DNA of 30,242 nt. Origin: an uncultured Nitrospinota bacterium (GTDB lineage: Bacteria; Tectomicrobia; Entotheonellia; J063; CAVPRW01). Numbering within the stretch: position 1 is the stretch's first letter; every line of letters begins with the position of its first letter. Positions 9,007 through 19,628 of this stretch are shown here, piece by piece. A model generated the notes under the pieces. It was not told where the DNA came from. It did no database searches and saw nothing but the letters and a program-made list of their open reading frames with translations. A program made the translations under genes and the position numbers. Location: assembly GCA_963707985.1 (NCBI GenBank), contig CAVPRW010000043.1, forward strand, positions 1 through 30,242, given 5' to 3'.

Positions 9007-11133
9007 CTACTTTGCCGGCGCATGGGACCGGCGACGTGTGAGCTCCATCAGGGTGGCGTGTGTTCCCATGGCTTCGCGCGCCTCGCTGGAGGGCTCCGAC
9101 AGTAATTGAGCGTAACGGCCATCGCTATTGAGGATCCAGGCCTGACGCTGGTCACGTAAACAGATGTCGAGGATTTCCCAAAGCCGCTCTTTTGGGCTGA
9201 GGGCGGTCACAGGCGTCACCACTTCCACACGCTTGGAGAGATTGCGGAACATCCAGTCCGCTGAGCCGATGTAAAATTCACCATCGAGGGGATCTTCGTG
9301 GCCAGCGGCGAAATGGAAGAGTCGCGAGTGTTCGAGAAAGCGTCCAACGATCGAACGCACGCGAATGCCTTCGCTGCGGTTGGGGATGCCAGGCCGGAGA
9401 CAACAGAGCCCGCGGATCACCAGATCAACCGGTACGCCTTCACAACCCGCCTCACAGAGCGACGCGATCATCTCAGGGTCCTCGAGCTGGTTCATCTTGG
9501 CCACAATGCGGGCCGGGCGCCCAGCCCTCTGGTTTTCCATCTCGCGCTTGATCAGTTCCAGGAACCGGACTCGCATGGTCGAAGGCGCCACCAAGAGCTG
9601 GTCACAATGGGGGGCGTGCGCGTGTCCGGTCAGGTAGTGAAATAGGTTGACGACGTCACGTGTGAGCGCTGGATCACATGTGAAGAGGCCCACATCGGTA
9701 TAGAGCCTGGCGGTCCGCACATGGTAATTGCCGGTACCGATGTGCGCGTAACTGCGCAGCCCGGATGGCTCCTGGCGCACGACCAGAGCGGTCTTGGCAT
9801 GTGTCTTCAAGCCGCGTACCCCAAAGATCACATGAGCGCCAGCTCGTTCTAGCTCCGCAGCCCAATGCAGATTGCGCTCTTCGTCGAAGCGGGCTTTGAG
9901 CTCAATGACGCACGCGACTTGTTTGCCTGTTTCGGCCGCTTTGATCAACGATCTGACAAAGGGGGTGTCATCGCCTACGCGATAGACCGTCATCTTGATC
10001 GCGACGGTCAGCGGATCATTTGCGGCCGCGCGGATGAAGCGGTCCACGCTGGCATCGAAGCTGTCGTACGGGTGGTGCACGAGCAGGTCATGGGCCTGAA
10101 CGACGGCCAAAATGTCGGTGTTGCCGTTGGCCAGCGCGGGCGATGTGATCGGACTCCAGGCGGGGTCTCGAAGCTCGGGGTGGGGCAGGCCGCCAATTTC
10201 GAAGAGCGTGGTGAAGTCGACCTCGTCTGGCATGTCGTAGATGTCCACCGGTAAAAGGTCAAAGCGCGTCCGCAGCAGTTCACGGACGGCGGGATCGGCA
10301 CCTGCAGCAAACTCCAAACGCACCACAGGCTCGTAACGCCGTTGCCGGATTTGTTCCTTCACCAACTCGCTCACCGCGGTATCCGAGCGGTCATCGATCT
10401 CGACCTCTGCGTCCCGCGTCAACCTCATGAGTGTCGTGGTCGTGAGCTCCATGCCATTGTATAGCTTGTACGCATTCCCACGCACAACCTCGTGAAGTGG
10501 CACGAACAGGCTTTGGCCCGCCTCCACATCGGCCTGTAGGGGGATCCATTGCCGCACCACGGATGGCACCTTGATGCGGGCATGCATACGCTCGGCGCGA
10601 TCCGGATCATACAAGAGAAAAACCAGGGAGGTCGAGAGATTCGAAAGAAACGGAAAGGGGTGGGCGGGGTCGATGACCAGGGGCGTCAGGGCCGGCGAGA
10701 TCTGGGCATCGAAAAATTGGTCGGCCTCCAGTTGTTGCGCGGCCGTCAACTCGTCCCAGCGACGCAGATGGATCCCGTGGTGTGCCAAGGCTGGCACGAT
10801 GCTGCCCCGAAAACACTCTGCCTGCTGCTGGAGCATCGGCAGCAGTTTGGCCCGAATCTGCTCTATGAGCCCAAGCCGTTCCGGGGTCAGCGTCTCACGC
10901 AGGACGGCGATCCGTTTCATGAAGAACTCATCGAGGTTGGCGGTAAAGATCGCCAGGAATTTGGCGCGCTCGAGCAATGGCGTACGCTCGTCAAGCGCTT
11001 CAGCCAAGACACGTTCGTTAAAGTCAAGCCAGCTCAGGTCCCGATCGATCCAGACATCCGATAGTGCGGGAGAAATAGGCGTGTCGAGGACACCTTCGTC
11101 GCCAACAGACACGCTTGCTCGTGCGGCGCTCAT
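9007..11133 (-). CDS. ppk1: Polyphosphate kinase 1
   Basis: 708 aa: RDLSWLDFNERVL, NLDEFFMKR, DPAHPFPF, HHPYDSF, ELKARFDEERN, KTHAKT, HIGTGNY, RSIVGRFLEHSR, GSADWMFRNL..RVE. Confidence 0.97.
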   Translation of the reverse strand: MSAARASVSVGDEGVLDTPISPALSDVWIDRDLSWLDFNERVLAEALDERTPLLERAKFLAIFTANLDEFFMKRIAVLRETLTPERLGLIEQIRAKLLPMLQQQAECFRGSIVPALAHHGIHLRRWDELTAAQQLEADQFFDAQISPALTPLVIDPAHPFPFLSNLSTSLVFLLYDPDRAERMHARIKVPSVVRQWIPLQADVEAGQSLFVPLHEVVRGNAYKLYNGMELTTTTLMRLTRDAEVEIDDRSDTAVSELVKEQIRQRRYEPVVRLEFAAGADPAVRELLRTRFDLLPVDIYDMPDEVDFTTLFEIGGLPHPELRDPAWSPITSPALANGNTDILAVVQAHDLLVHHPYDSFDASVDRFIRAAANDPLTVAIKMTVYRVGDDTPFVRSLIKAAETGKQVACVIELKARFDEERNLHWAAELERAGAHVIFGVRGLKTHAKTALVVRQEPSGLRSYAHIGTGNYHVRTARLYTDVGLFTCDPALTRDVVNLFHYLTGHAHAPHCDQLLVAPSTMRVRFLELIKREMENQRAGRPARIVAKMNQLEDPEMIASLCEAGCEGVPVDLVIRGLCCLRPGIPNRSEGIRVRSIVGRFLEHSRLFHFAAGHEDPLDGEFYIGSADWMFRNLSKRVEVVTPVTALSPKERLWEILDICLRDQRQAWILNSDGRYAQLLSEPSSEAREAMGTHATLMELTRRRSHAPAK

Positions 11134-11160
11134 GTCATGCTCCTCGTGCAGGGCTATGGT

Positions 11161-11694
11161 TCAGGGAGGTGTAGTGGCCGTCGCGGCGTGAGGTCGATGA
11201 TACGCCCTTGTCTTGCCGGCGTGGCGTAGAGTGACCCAGATCGGTTCGGCGGTTGGGGCGGTGTCTTCACTTGCGGGGTCGACCAGATAACCCCCGATCG
11301 GGGCAGCAAAACCGCTGAGGTTCGAGGTAAATGGGCTGGCGATCAAGTGAAACGTATTGGCGCTGATATCATTTGCCGCCGCCGTCGAGCCGGTGGCGAT
11401 GGCGATATGGCCGGGAGCGGTGAGCGAGGGCGACACGGTGATGTTGCGAAGGGCTGTGATGCCTCGACTTTGCAACAACCCTAGCCCTTTGGTTCGACTG
11501 ATCGCGCCGCTGGCCAGGTATTGATGCACGAGCCATGGTGTGGCCCCATCCAGGGAGATGACAATGACCTTCGGTGCGGCCAAGGCCGCGGTCGCCAGTA
11601 GCAGACACGTGAGCAGGCCGGCGAACACTGGTATGCGCCCGGTAAGAAAGAATAAACGACAAGGAACAAGCGTTTCATGTATGGTTCGGTTCAT
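11161..11694 (-). pseudogene. Alkaline phosphatase / nucleotide pyrophosphatase family protein, truncated
   Basis: Signal peptide, KVIVISLDGA, SPSLTAPGHIAIATG (catalytic Thr), AEPIWVT...AGK; the ORF then ends, lacking the remaining metal ligands. Confidence 0.8.
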
Positions 11695-11791
11695 CGTGAG
11701 GACTCCTGGAGATCAGTGGTGGTGTGCATCCTCGACAGTTTCCAACCGGACCCACGCTATAGAATGAACATGACGAGCAAGAAGCGGTGGC

Positions 11792-11818
11792 GTAAAAAGC
11801 AAATAAACAGGCAGTGAA
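11792..11818 (-). promoter_or_regulatory. Putative Pho-box-like direct repeats
   Basis: Minus strand TTCAC-N6-TTTAT-N6-TTTAC (11-bp period) about 100 bp upstream of phosphatase-ppk1-pyk. Confidence 0.4.
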
Positions 11819-12276
11819 TTGGCCGCGCAACAATGGGATTCAAGCACCCTCGCGCGCATGGGCTCGTCGCCGCCATGTGCAGGGAAAAGTATGGCAATGC
11901 CATGTTATCGATACATGGCGGTTTGGTTAACTCCTGGTTACAGACTCGCCCGACTACTGAATCACCACCCCTGGGCCGGGCTGCTGTATGGGTGAGAACA
12001 GCCCGGCGAGTGAAAGGGCAGGCATAGGCTGAATTGCACCCCACGGTATAGGGACACTGCAGATAATGGCCGCGCACAGGGGCCTCGATGTTACACACAA
12101 TTCATCTGGCCACTGCCCATTTGTCATCTTGAGGCCGTATGCTGAGGCAGTATCAGGATCGGTTGCGTGCAGAAGGCACAGGAGAAACGTGAGCACGCAG
12201 GCGGGTGCGTTACGCTGACGGCGGTTGCCATTCCCGATGATGCGAGGTGAGTAAGCGCCACTTGAAAGGAGCGATC

Positions 12277-12891
12277 ATGATGCGCATGCTGGTTGCCACC
12301 GATTTCTCGGAACTTTCGCTCGCGGCGCTTGGGTACGCGAGGGCATTGACCTATGCCATGAAGGGAGAAGTCATCTTGTGCCATGTGGTGGAGGACGAGC
12401 CCGTTCGCCGTTATGTGGTGGGATGGCAACCCGAGGCTCCGTCGTATTGGGCGGACCTTAGGGCCGAGGCCCTTCGTCCTCAGATGCCGTCACAGGTCAT
12501 CTATCACGACCTGTGCGAGGAAGCGCAGTGGAAGCTCTCAGCTTTGCTGCCATCAGTAGGGCACGATCGCTTTCGGACGTTGGTCGTGGTCGGTAAGGCT
12601 TGTGAGGAAATCGTCAGAGTTGCCAGAGATCGGGAAATCGATCTCATCATACTGGGCGGACGTAGTAGAACCAGCCTGACTGGCTTCTTCCGTCGAAACC
12701 TCGCCGAGCGGGTGGCCCGTCGGGTGGCTATTCCAGTGATCACGGTATGGAATTCGTGCCATGTCATCTCCGATCAAGAGTGGGTAAGCGATAGCCTACT
12801 CTGGGGATGGCCCGATGAGCCTCGGACTGGAAAGGAGGCAGGTGAGAGGAAATCCAAAGCGAGGCTGACACGAGTGTCATCGGGCGTCTGA
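12277..12891 (+). CDS. Universal stress protein
   Basis: MLVATDFSELS..AL, ILCHVV, GKACEEIVRVA....IDLIILG, AERVARRVAIPVITV; AAAGGAG RBS before ATG 12277. Confidence 0.9.
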   Translation: MMRMLVATDFSELSLAALGYARALTYAMKGEVILCHVVEDEPVRRYVVGWQPEAPSYWADLRAEALRPQMPSQVIYHDLCEEAQWKLSALLPSVGHDRFRTLVVVGKACEEIVRVARDREIDLIILGGRSRTSLTGFFRRNLAERVARRVAIPVITVWNSCHVISDQEWVSDSLLWGWPDEPRTGKEAGERKSKARLTRVSSGV

Positions 12892-13439
12892 TGTATCAAA
12901 CAGGCGACTGGTGCCGGGGACACACGTTTGTGTCTGTGCAGAGGCCTATGCTCCGCGGTGGTGGTCGATCCGGCATGATCGCTGGCTGAGCTCGGATTCA
13001 TTCGTGGAGGTCTTCATTAATCTGCCGCACCTGGGCTCAAGAGCAGTGTGAGCAGGGTGTGAATGTTTCGCCACTGACTGGGCTCAGCTGCCCGTATCTT
13101 GTCCGCGCGGCCACGCTCCAGGTGCAAGTGCAGAGGAAACTTTGATGAGACAGAGCTCTATTTCACCCAAGGCCTGACGCAGCCAAGTCTGCTCCGCCCG
13201 GCTCAGATGTGCCGCATGCTCCTTGGCAAAACGCTGCAGTCGTTGATAGAGCTCCTCTGCAGACTTGTAGAGAGGTTCCGTCGCCTCCCTGTGATGACTT
13301 CCGGCATGACCTCGCGCGCCTAGGGCTCGGCGTTGAACCCGGCTCACGAGTCAGCATCCTCTGTGGCTCCGAGAAAGGTATGTGGCATTGGTTACTCACC
13401 TCGCATCGTCGTTTCGGAGTATGGATACCTCCTCTCCTC

Positions 13440-15496
13440 TTACTGCGCTCGCTCATGTAGACCCACCTGGTTAACGCCAAGCACTGAGCCTGTTCCACCA
13501 AACATCGAACCCGTCATGCTTCTATTGACTCGGGATTGTGCGGAGCACAGTGTGAGAGTTGGCAATGGAACATAGCCGACTTGTATGACCAGGTTGGCAT
13601 TCTCTGGATCGAGGTAAAAATCTGTAAACGCCTTTACCTCTGGACGCGTTGCCGCAGACTGTTTGACATAGAACTGGTTGCGAGTTTCGCACATTGGCCT
13701 ATGCTATTGTAGTATTTGGAGAAACCTAATTCAGGAGGTAGGGTCCACACGCGGCACACGAGGCCAGTAAAACCATGGGCACACGAGGAAAACCCGCTGC
13801 AACCACGCCGATTCCTGTCCAACTCTCCGCACCGGAGTTCGAGGCATTTATCTTCCCGCACCTCTCGATGCCCAAGCGCGGGCCGAAGTGCAAACTGGGC
13901 TATCACCACGTCTTTAATCTCATCTTATGGGTCCTCTACACGGGGATGCAGTGGAAGTGCCTGCCCGTGCCGAAAGACCCCGCCGGGAAACCGGCCATTC
14001 ACTATACCACCGTCTACAAAGTCTTCGCCAAATGGGCCGATGATGGGTCGCTCTGGCAGGCATTCATCGCCAGTGTGCGGCATCTGGCGGACGCAGAAGC
14101 ACCTTGATCTCAGCGTGCTCCATGGCGACGGGACCAACACCGTGGCCAAAAAAGGGGGGATGGGATCGGGTATTCGGGGTACAAACACCAGAAGGGCGAG
14201 AAGGTCATCGCGATCACGGACAACCATGGCTATGTCTTAGCTCCCGTCCCCGTGGCTCCCGTCAATGAAACGGATATGGTGCTCCTTCCCGAGGGTCTGA
14301 AAGCCTTGAAGCAGGTGGCCAAAGAGGTCGGGTTGGACCTCAGAGGCGCCTATCTCAACCTCGATGGCGGCTTTGATTCCAGACACAATCGGAAGCTGAT
14401 CTTCAATGCGGGCATGATCCCCAACATCAAAGAGAATCCGCGTCATCGCAAGACCACCAAGCGCGGACGCAAGCGGCTTCTTCAATGAAGCGATCCATGC
14501 GTTACGCATGCGTGTCGAGCGGACCTTTGCGTGGGAAGATAAGTTCAAGCGGCTGCTGCTACGCTTTGAACGCATCCAGCAACGGCACTACGGGATGAAG
14601 TTGATGGCGTATACGTTGATTAACCTACGAGAGTTCTGCGGTGTCTAAAACTCGCAACCAGTTAATAGATAAAAATGGGGCGCGAAAGTGGCTGATAGCT
14701 GGAATCAGCCACGGTTTGTGGGCTTGGCAACACGCAACCATAACCACTGTCAACGGCTACGGTCTTGAGCCGATCGCGATTGCCGAGGTAATAGGCATAA
14801 CCAAAGTAACCCAGCCCATAGGTATGCGAAGCCACTCCATCGACGAGGACGACGTCATCTTCGCTCGCCGTGTAGTCGCTGCGGCTTGTACCTTCCGCCC
14901 CAATGATTGCCAGTGTGAAATAGTCGAAGGTTCCAGAATCACGTCCAGGGCCATACAGCAGCAGGGGTTGATTGGGAAAGGAGGGGCGAACTTGGTTCCA
15001 ATGCGTCACCTTCCCCTGAGCCGCAGGCTCCCACATGCTTTTCAATTCGGCAACAGTCAGGCAATTGACCAGGGTGTTTTGCGGGTGGACGACGACGGAC
15101 AGGCTATCAAAGGCCATAGGCAGTTCAAAATAGTCGATGTTATGGGTCTTGCACAGTTGGACTTCCGTGGCATTGATAGGGCGCGACGCACCTGTGATGT
15201 CCGTCTCGCCCACGCAGAACTTTTTGAATCGCCGTCATTTTGAAGAAGTCGATGACCTGCCCTCGCTCTTTGGTGCCGGTCAATGCCGCCTGTGCCGACA
15301 CCAGGCGATACGTCAGACGCTCGTAGACTTCTTGAGAGTCGCCGTCCGTTAGCTATTGTGCGCTCCCCTGGGATACGGAACCGAGTGGTAGTTGTGCCAC
15401 ATCGAGCACGCCATCAGCACACAGGAAATTGGCCACGAACGCGACAGCACAGAGCCACGGCAGCATGCTTTGTCGAAGCCTCTGCGGAATGCACAT
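13440..15496 (-). pseudogene. pstS: PstS phosphate-binding protein, IS-interrupted and 5'-damaged
   Basis: [52 protein letters not shown] | IS | YVKQ..RPEVKAFTDFYL..VGYVPLP. A signal-peptide-like start at 15496 is followed by an in-frame stop and a frameshift/deletion near 15230. Confidence 0.88.
13672..14664 (+). mobile_element. IS5-family element (~1 kb) with decayed transposase (13775-14648)
   Basis: Perfect 16-bp TIRs AACTGGTTGCGAGTTT (13672-13687) / AAACTCGCAACCAGTT (14648-14663); ATA(G) duplicated on both flanks; WVLYTGMQWK, HGDGTNT, LDGGFDS, RVERTFAWEDKFKRL; A6G6 slippery run at 14148-14159 plus extra frameshifts. Confidence 0.92.
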
Positions 15497-15566
15497 GGAG
15501 TCCCCTCAGGAGCAGTATCATGGCTGTCTTTCCCGAGCTGAAACTTACAGGGCTTCCATTAGAGAG

Positions 15567-18012
15567 TCATTTTTCTTCCCGACCACGAGCTGGTGACGGC
15601 AGTAATGCCTTATTGAGGGTAAAGTAGCGAGGTGTATAGGCCATGAGATCGGTCAAGGGATCAGTAATGATCTTGACAAACCAGATCATCGAGCTGCGGA
15701 TGTTATGCTTCCACACGAGGTAGACCACCCGCCCCAAGACCACCGCCGCCGTCCATAAAAACCAATGCTCCGCAATCACCGCTATCGTCGCAGGGAGAGC
15801 CACGACACTCAAGGAACCGGCACTTACCAAATGGATAAGGGGAATAAAAAGTACCCAGCCAGGATCAGCGTCTTGTTACGAGTATGAAATCCCAGGAGCA
15901 ATTTTTCCTTGTCATGACAGGGGGTCTCGAGAATCGCATGACCAAATTGCCGCAGGAAAAAGGCGGCCAAACCGATGCACATCGCCCTGGTGAGATCCCA
16001 AAACGCGAGAAAATAACAACAGATGAGCACGCTGGAACTAATGACCGTCGGTTCGCTCATTTTTGCTCTAAGGTGTTGAAAATATTGAGGACCGACCCTC
16101 AAAAAAACAGTTTCAGGTAACCCGAAAACCCTTGAAATTATCACGGGTTACGACAAATGAGCGAACCGTGGGTAATGATGTGAAAGAATTGATTCATCAC
16201 ATTGCTATGCGAGGCGTGATGGTCGTCTTGCTTTGCGTCGCATCACCTCTGCATAAAAGCTCTTCAGGGGTTTGGGCACCTGTACAAGACTGCCCAACAT
16301 TTCCCGCATCAGACGCAGGCGCATTCTCTTATCCCTCCCTGGATGTTCTTCCGCATTCAACCACCAGCCATCGCTCTTCATCTTTTGCGCCGCATTGAGC
16401 AGCTTTATCTGCAATTCCCGATAGTCTTCTGCCGTAAAATCCAGGCTGCTCAGACATCGGCCGGTGCCGACCCAACTCAGCGTCACCCCCTCAGCGCGCA
16501 GGTAGTACTGCAGCAGCCAGTTGTAGCGACTCGGTTCCTTAAAGAGCACGGTCCATACGGTAGCGAGGTGCACCACCCGCAGGGGCAGTGATAAGGCGAC
16601 GAGTTGGTGATTGGTCGCGTCTACCCATGGCGCGCAGCGCTGGTTCGCCTCGTCATAGAGCTGCGCCGTCGCCGGCTGTATCACCCAGCGTAAGAATTCG
16701 TTCATGGCCCCCATCACCACCGGGTGCGCGGAAAACGTCCCAATCACATACGCAATGCGCATAGGACGCTCTGGATCAAAACGCCGCATGAGCTCCTTCT
16801 TGCCGCACACCACGCCAATGGGCATGCCACCGGCAACCGTTTTCCCATAGACGACCATATCCGCCTGCACGCCAAAGTATTCCTGTGCTCCGCCAGGAGC
16901 GAGGCGAAAGCCGGTATACACTTCGTCGAAGATCAACGGAATATCACAGGCGCTGCACACCTCGCGCAATTGGTGCAGCCACTGGGCATACTGGCGGACG
17001 TTGAGTCCTGGGTTTTGCGCACGCCACTGGTGAGCAGCACTGCATCACTCGGAGGCGGCGAATTGGGATGGAAGGCTTGCACGGGGTTGACGAGCACGCC
17101 GGCAATCTCCTTCGCTCGCCAGCGAATGACATCAAGCGAGGCCGGGTGTAAGTCCTTGAGCGTGAGACAATCGTTAAGATCGCGCTCACTGCCCAACCCC
17201 GGCTGCACACCGTCCCACCAGCCGTGATAGGCACCCGAAAAACAGACGATCAACTTCTTGCGGGTATTAAAACGCGCCAGTCGCACTGCAGCCATGACCG
17301 CTTCGGTGCCACTCATGTGAAAGGATACTTCGTCCATTTTCGAAACGGATTTGAGCAAGGCAATGTTGTCGGCCACCATCGGATGCAGAGGTCCTAGCAC
17401 CGGACCCAGATCCTTCACCCGCTCCCAGCCCTTTTGTATCCACTCCTTGTAGCGCTCAAATCCTGCCACATTGACGCCGTACGAGCCGCTGACATCCAAG
17501 GTCCAGTGGCCGTCGAGATCGCGTAGTTTCGGACCGTCCGACGCCGTCACCACCGAGCACAGGTTGAATTTTTCGCGCATCACGCGCACGAAGGGGAACG
17601 GGACCCGATTGGCATCGGTAAAGCGCAAGTCAGAGAAGCTCTCGCGGATCTCATTCCCCCAGGCAATGGATTTGGCATACTGCGCCTGAAATAAGACGGC
17701 CAAACGGTCAATGGCTTTTTTGCGCCGCTCGATCCAGTGCCCCTTAGCTCCATCCGCCCGAAAAAACTCCTCGTCTGAGTAGTCATGCGATTTCACCCAT
17801 TTGGACAATCTTCGCGCCAGCACAGGTGTCCATGCCATAGCCCGCAGAGTGATGAATGCCAAGACCAGCTTCCTGCCGGCCAATGTTGCCAGGACGACAC
17901 CGAGGAGCAGTGTTAGTAGAACCCACCCATCCTCCCATTGAAGCGGACAAACCCCTGTCGTGCCCAAGCCAAGACACGCTGTCCATCTGTGGAGAGCTTC
18001 ATTCAAGAACAT
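15567..18012 (-). pseudogene. Class III PLP aminotransferase (GSA-aminomutase-like) fused to a C-terminal membrane domain; disrupted
   Basis: DLDGHW.LDV, SGTEAVMAAVRLAR, GAYHGW, LIFDEVYTGFR, YGKTVAGGMPIG (PLP lysine), GTFSAHP. Frameshifts near 16985, 16230 and 15845 and a MITE at 16046-16170; the TM-rich tail continues to 15567. Confidence 0.88.
16046..16170. mobile_element. MITE (~125 bp)
   Basis: 14-bp perfect IR CGGTTCGCTCATTT (16049-16062) / AAATGAGCGAACCG (16155-16168); decayed 9-bp flanking duplication ACTAATGAC / GGTAATGAT; AT-rich non-coding interior. Confidence 0.8.
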
Positions 18013-18024
18013 CCCTCCATCCTC

Positions 18025-19272
18025 CTATGTTTCTCCAGGCGTTCCCAACACCTTTACACCTCGACGAGCTCTCAAAGTACTGGGGGCTGGGCGCCCTCGT
18101 CCGGAGTCACCCATCAAAAGCGTCTCAAACTTTTCCACCACATGCGGCCATGCGATCGAGCGCGCATACGCACGCGCTTGCCAGCGTATGTTGGGAAGTG
18201 ACTGTGGCGCCTGCACGAGGTTGGCAGCGGCATCTACGAAGGCCTTGGACGCTCCGCATGGTACCAGCACGCCGGTCTCACCATTGCTCATGTGCATGCG
18301 TGCCGCAGCATAGTCATAGGCCACCACTGCCAGACCACTAGCCATCGCTTCCAAGGTCACATTGCCAAACGTCTCCGTCTCGCTGGGGAAGAGAAACACG
18401 TCCGCCGAGGCATAATGCCGGGCTAGGTCCTCCCCTGTGTGGACTCCGCAGAAGATCAGATCAGGATGTGCCTTTTGTAGAGTTGCTCGCATCGGTCCGT
18501 CACCGACGATGACAAACTTCACTGCACTGCTGAATCGTTGCATGGCACGATACGCCGCTATGGCTACCCGGAGATTTTTCTCTGGTGCAACCCGCCCTAC
18601 ATAGAGCACGACCAGCCCTGTATCGGATACGCCCCAGCGCTGGCGTAGCTCAGGGCAGCGGCGTTCAGGGGTGAACAACTGACTATCGACGCCTCGGTCG
18701 AGAACATAGACATTTTTGAATCCAGCGACTTGCAGTCGATCGCGCAGATCAATGCTGGGAACCAGCGTGCCGTGCGTTCGGTTGTGAAAGCGGCGCAGAT
18801 AGCGCACGATCACAGGCTGTAACCAACCCACACCATAGAATTGCGAGTAACTGTGAAAGTTGGTATGAAAGCCGCTGAAGACCGGAATCTCCAGACGTCG
18901 CGCGGTGCGCACCGCTGACCATCCTAAAGGTCCCGGCGTGGCGACATAGACCACATCCGGACGATGCTGTCTCCAGCAGTGGCCGAGCAGCCCACCTGCG
19001 GGGATGCCGACCTGCAATTCCTTATACCAAGGGAAAGGCAAGCTAGGAACCAATGTCACGTTGGGTCCACGATGGCAGTCTGGACGATCGGACGCCTGCT
19101 GACGTGGACGGACTACTGACACGGCGTGACCCCGCGCCGACAATCCGTCGACTATTCGGGCCAGGGTGAACGCAACCCCGTTGACTTCAGGAGGATAGGT
19201 TTCGGTGATGACGCAAATATGTCGGGGATTTTTTGCTTTGGGGTGAGACCCGATCCAGGGGGTAGCAGCCAT
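18025..19272 (-). CDS. GT4 family glycosyltransferase
   Basis: 415 aa: ITETYPPEVNGVA, DVVYVATPGPLG, FHTNFHSY, RGVDSQLF, YVGRVAPEKNL, FPSETETFGNVTLEAMASG. Confidence 0.93.
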   Translation of the reverse strand: MAATPWIGSHPKAKNPRHICVITETYPPEVNGVAFTLARIVDGLSARGHAVSVVRPRQQASDRPDCHRGPNVTLVPSLPFPWYKELQVGIPAGGLLGHCWRQHRPDVVYVATPGPLGWSAVRTARRLEIPVFSGFHTNFHSYSQFYGVGWLQPVIVRYLRRFHNRTHGTLVPSIDLRDRLQVAGFKNVYVLDRGVDSQLFTPERRCPELRQRWGVSDTGLVVLYVGRVAPEKNLRVAIAAYRAMQRFSSAVKFVIVGDGPMRATLQKAHPDLIFCGVHTGEDLARHYASADVFLFPSETETFGNVTLEAMASGLAVVAYDYAAARMHMSNGETGVLVPCGASKAFVDAAANLVQAPQSLPNIRWQARAYARSIAWPHVVEKFETLLMGDSGRGRPAPSTLRARRGVKVLGTPGET

Positions 19273-19377
19273 TGGAGGTGGCCTTTCTTCGCACCTGTGT
19301 CGGTGACATGAATGATGCCTGACATATCAGGACTAATGATATCTACCCTAAACATAGGAGAAACACGTGTCTTTCGA

Positions 19378-19404
19378 ATTACGGAGGGGTGAAAATTATG
19401 TAAA
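19378..19404 (-). promoter_or_regulatory. Putative Pho-box-like direct repeats
   Basis: Minus strand TTTAC-N6-TTCAC-N6-GTAAT (11-bp period) about 105 bp upstream of the GT4 start. Confidence 0.42.
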
Positions 19405-19628
19405 TTCGGATGGTAGTGTGACGGGAGCTCATTTGGTACTCAAGATCCGGTTGTGCCTGGCCGGTGAGGTCAGAGAGCCGCGCGACATGACACTGAGGCA
19501 GATATGCGCGAGTGGTGCGCCGCGTGTGCACCATGACCGGCAAACGGTGCTATGGCCCGAAATGCGCCGTTCGGCGTCATGAAGGTGCGTCCCGCGAGGT
19601 CTGAGGACCTCGCAGGACGGTGGTTAGA

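Noticed and set aside
13084..13347. Small helical ORF (..PLYKSAEELYQRLQRFAKEH..)
   Set aside because: It looks protein-like but has no convincing start or recognisable family.
16205..18012. Calling the aminotransferase hemL
   Set aside because: The N-terminal TM extension, fused membrane domain and non-tetrapyrrole context argue against orthology.
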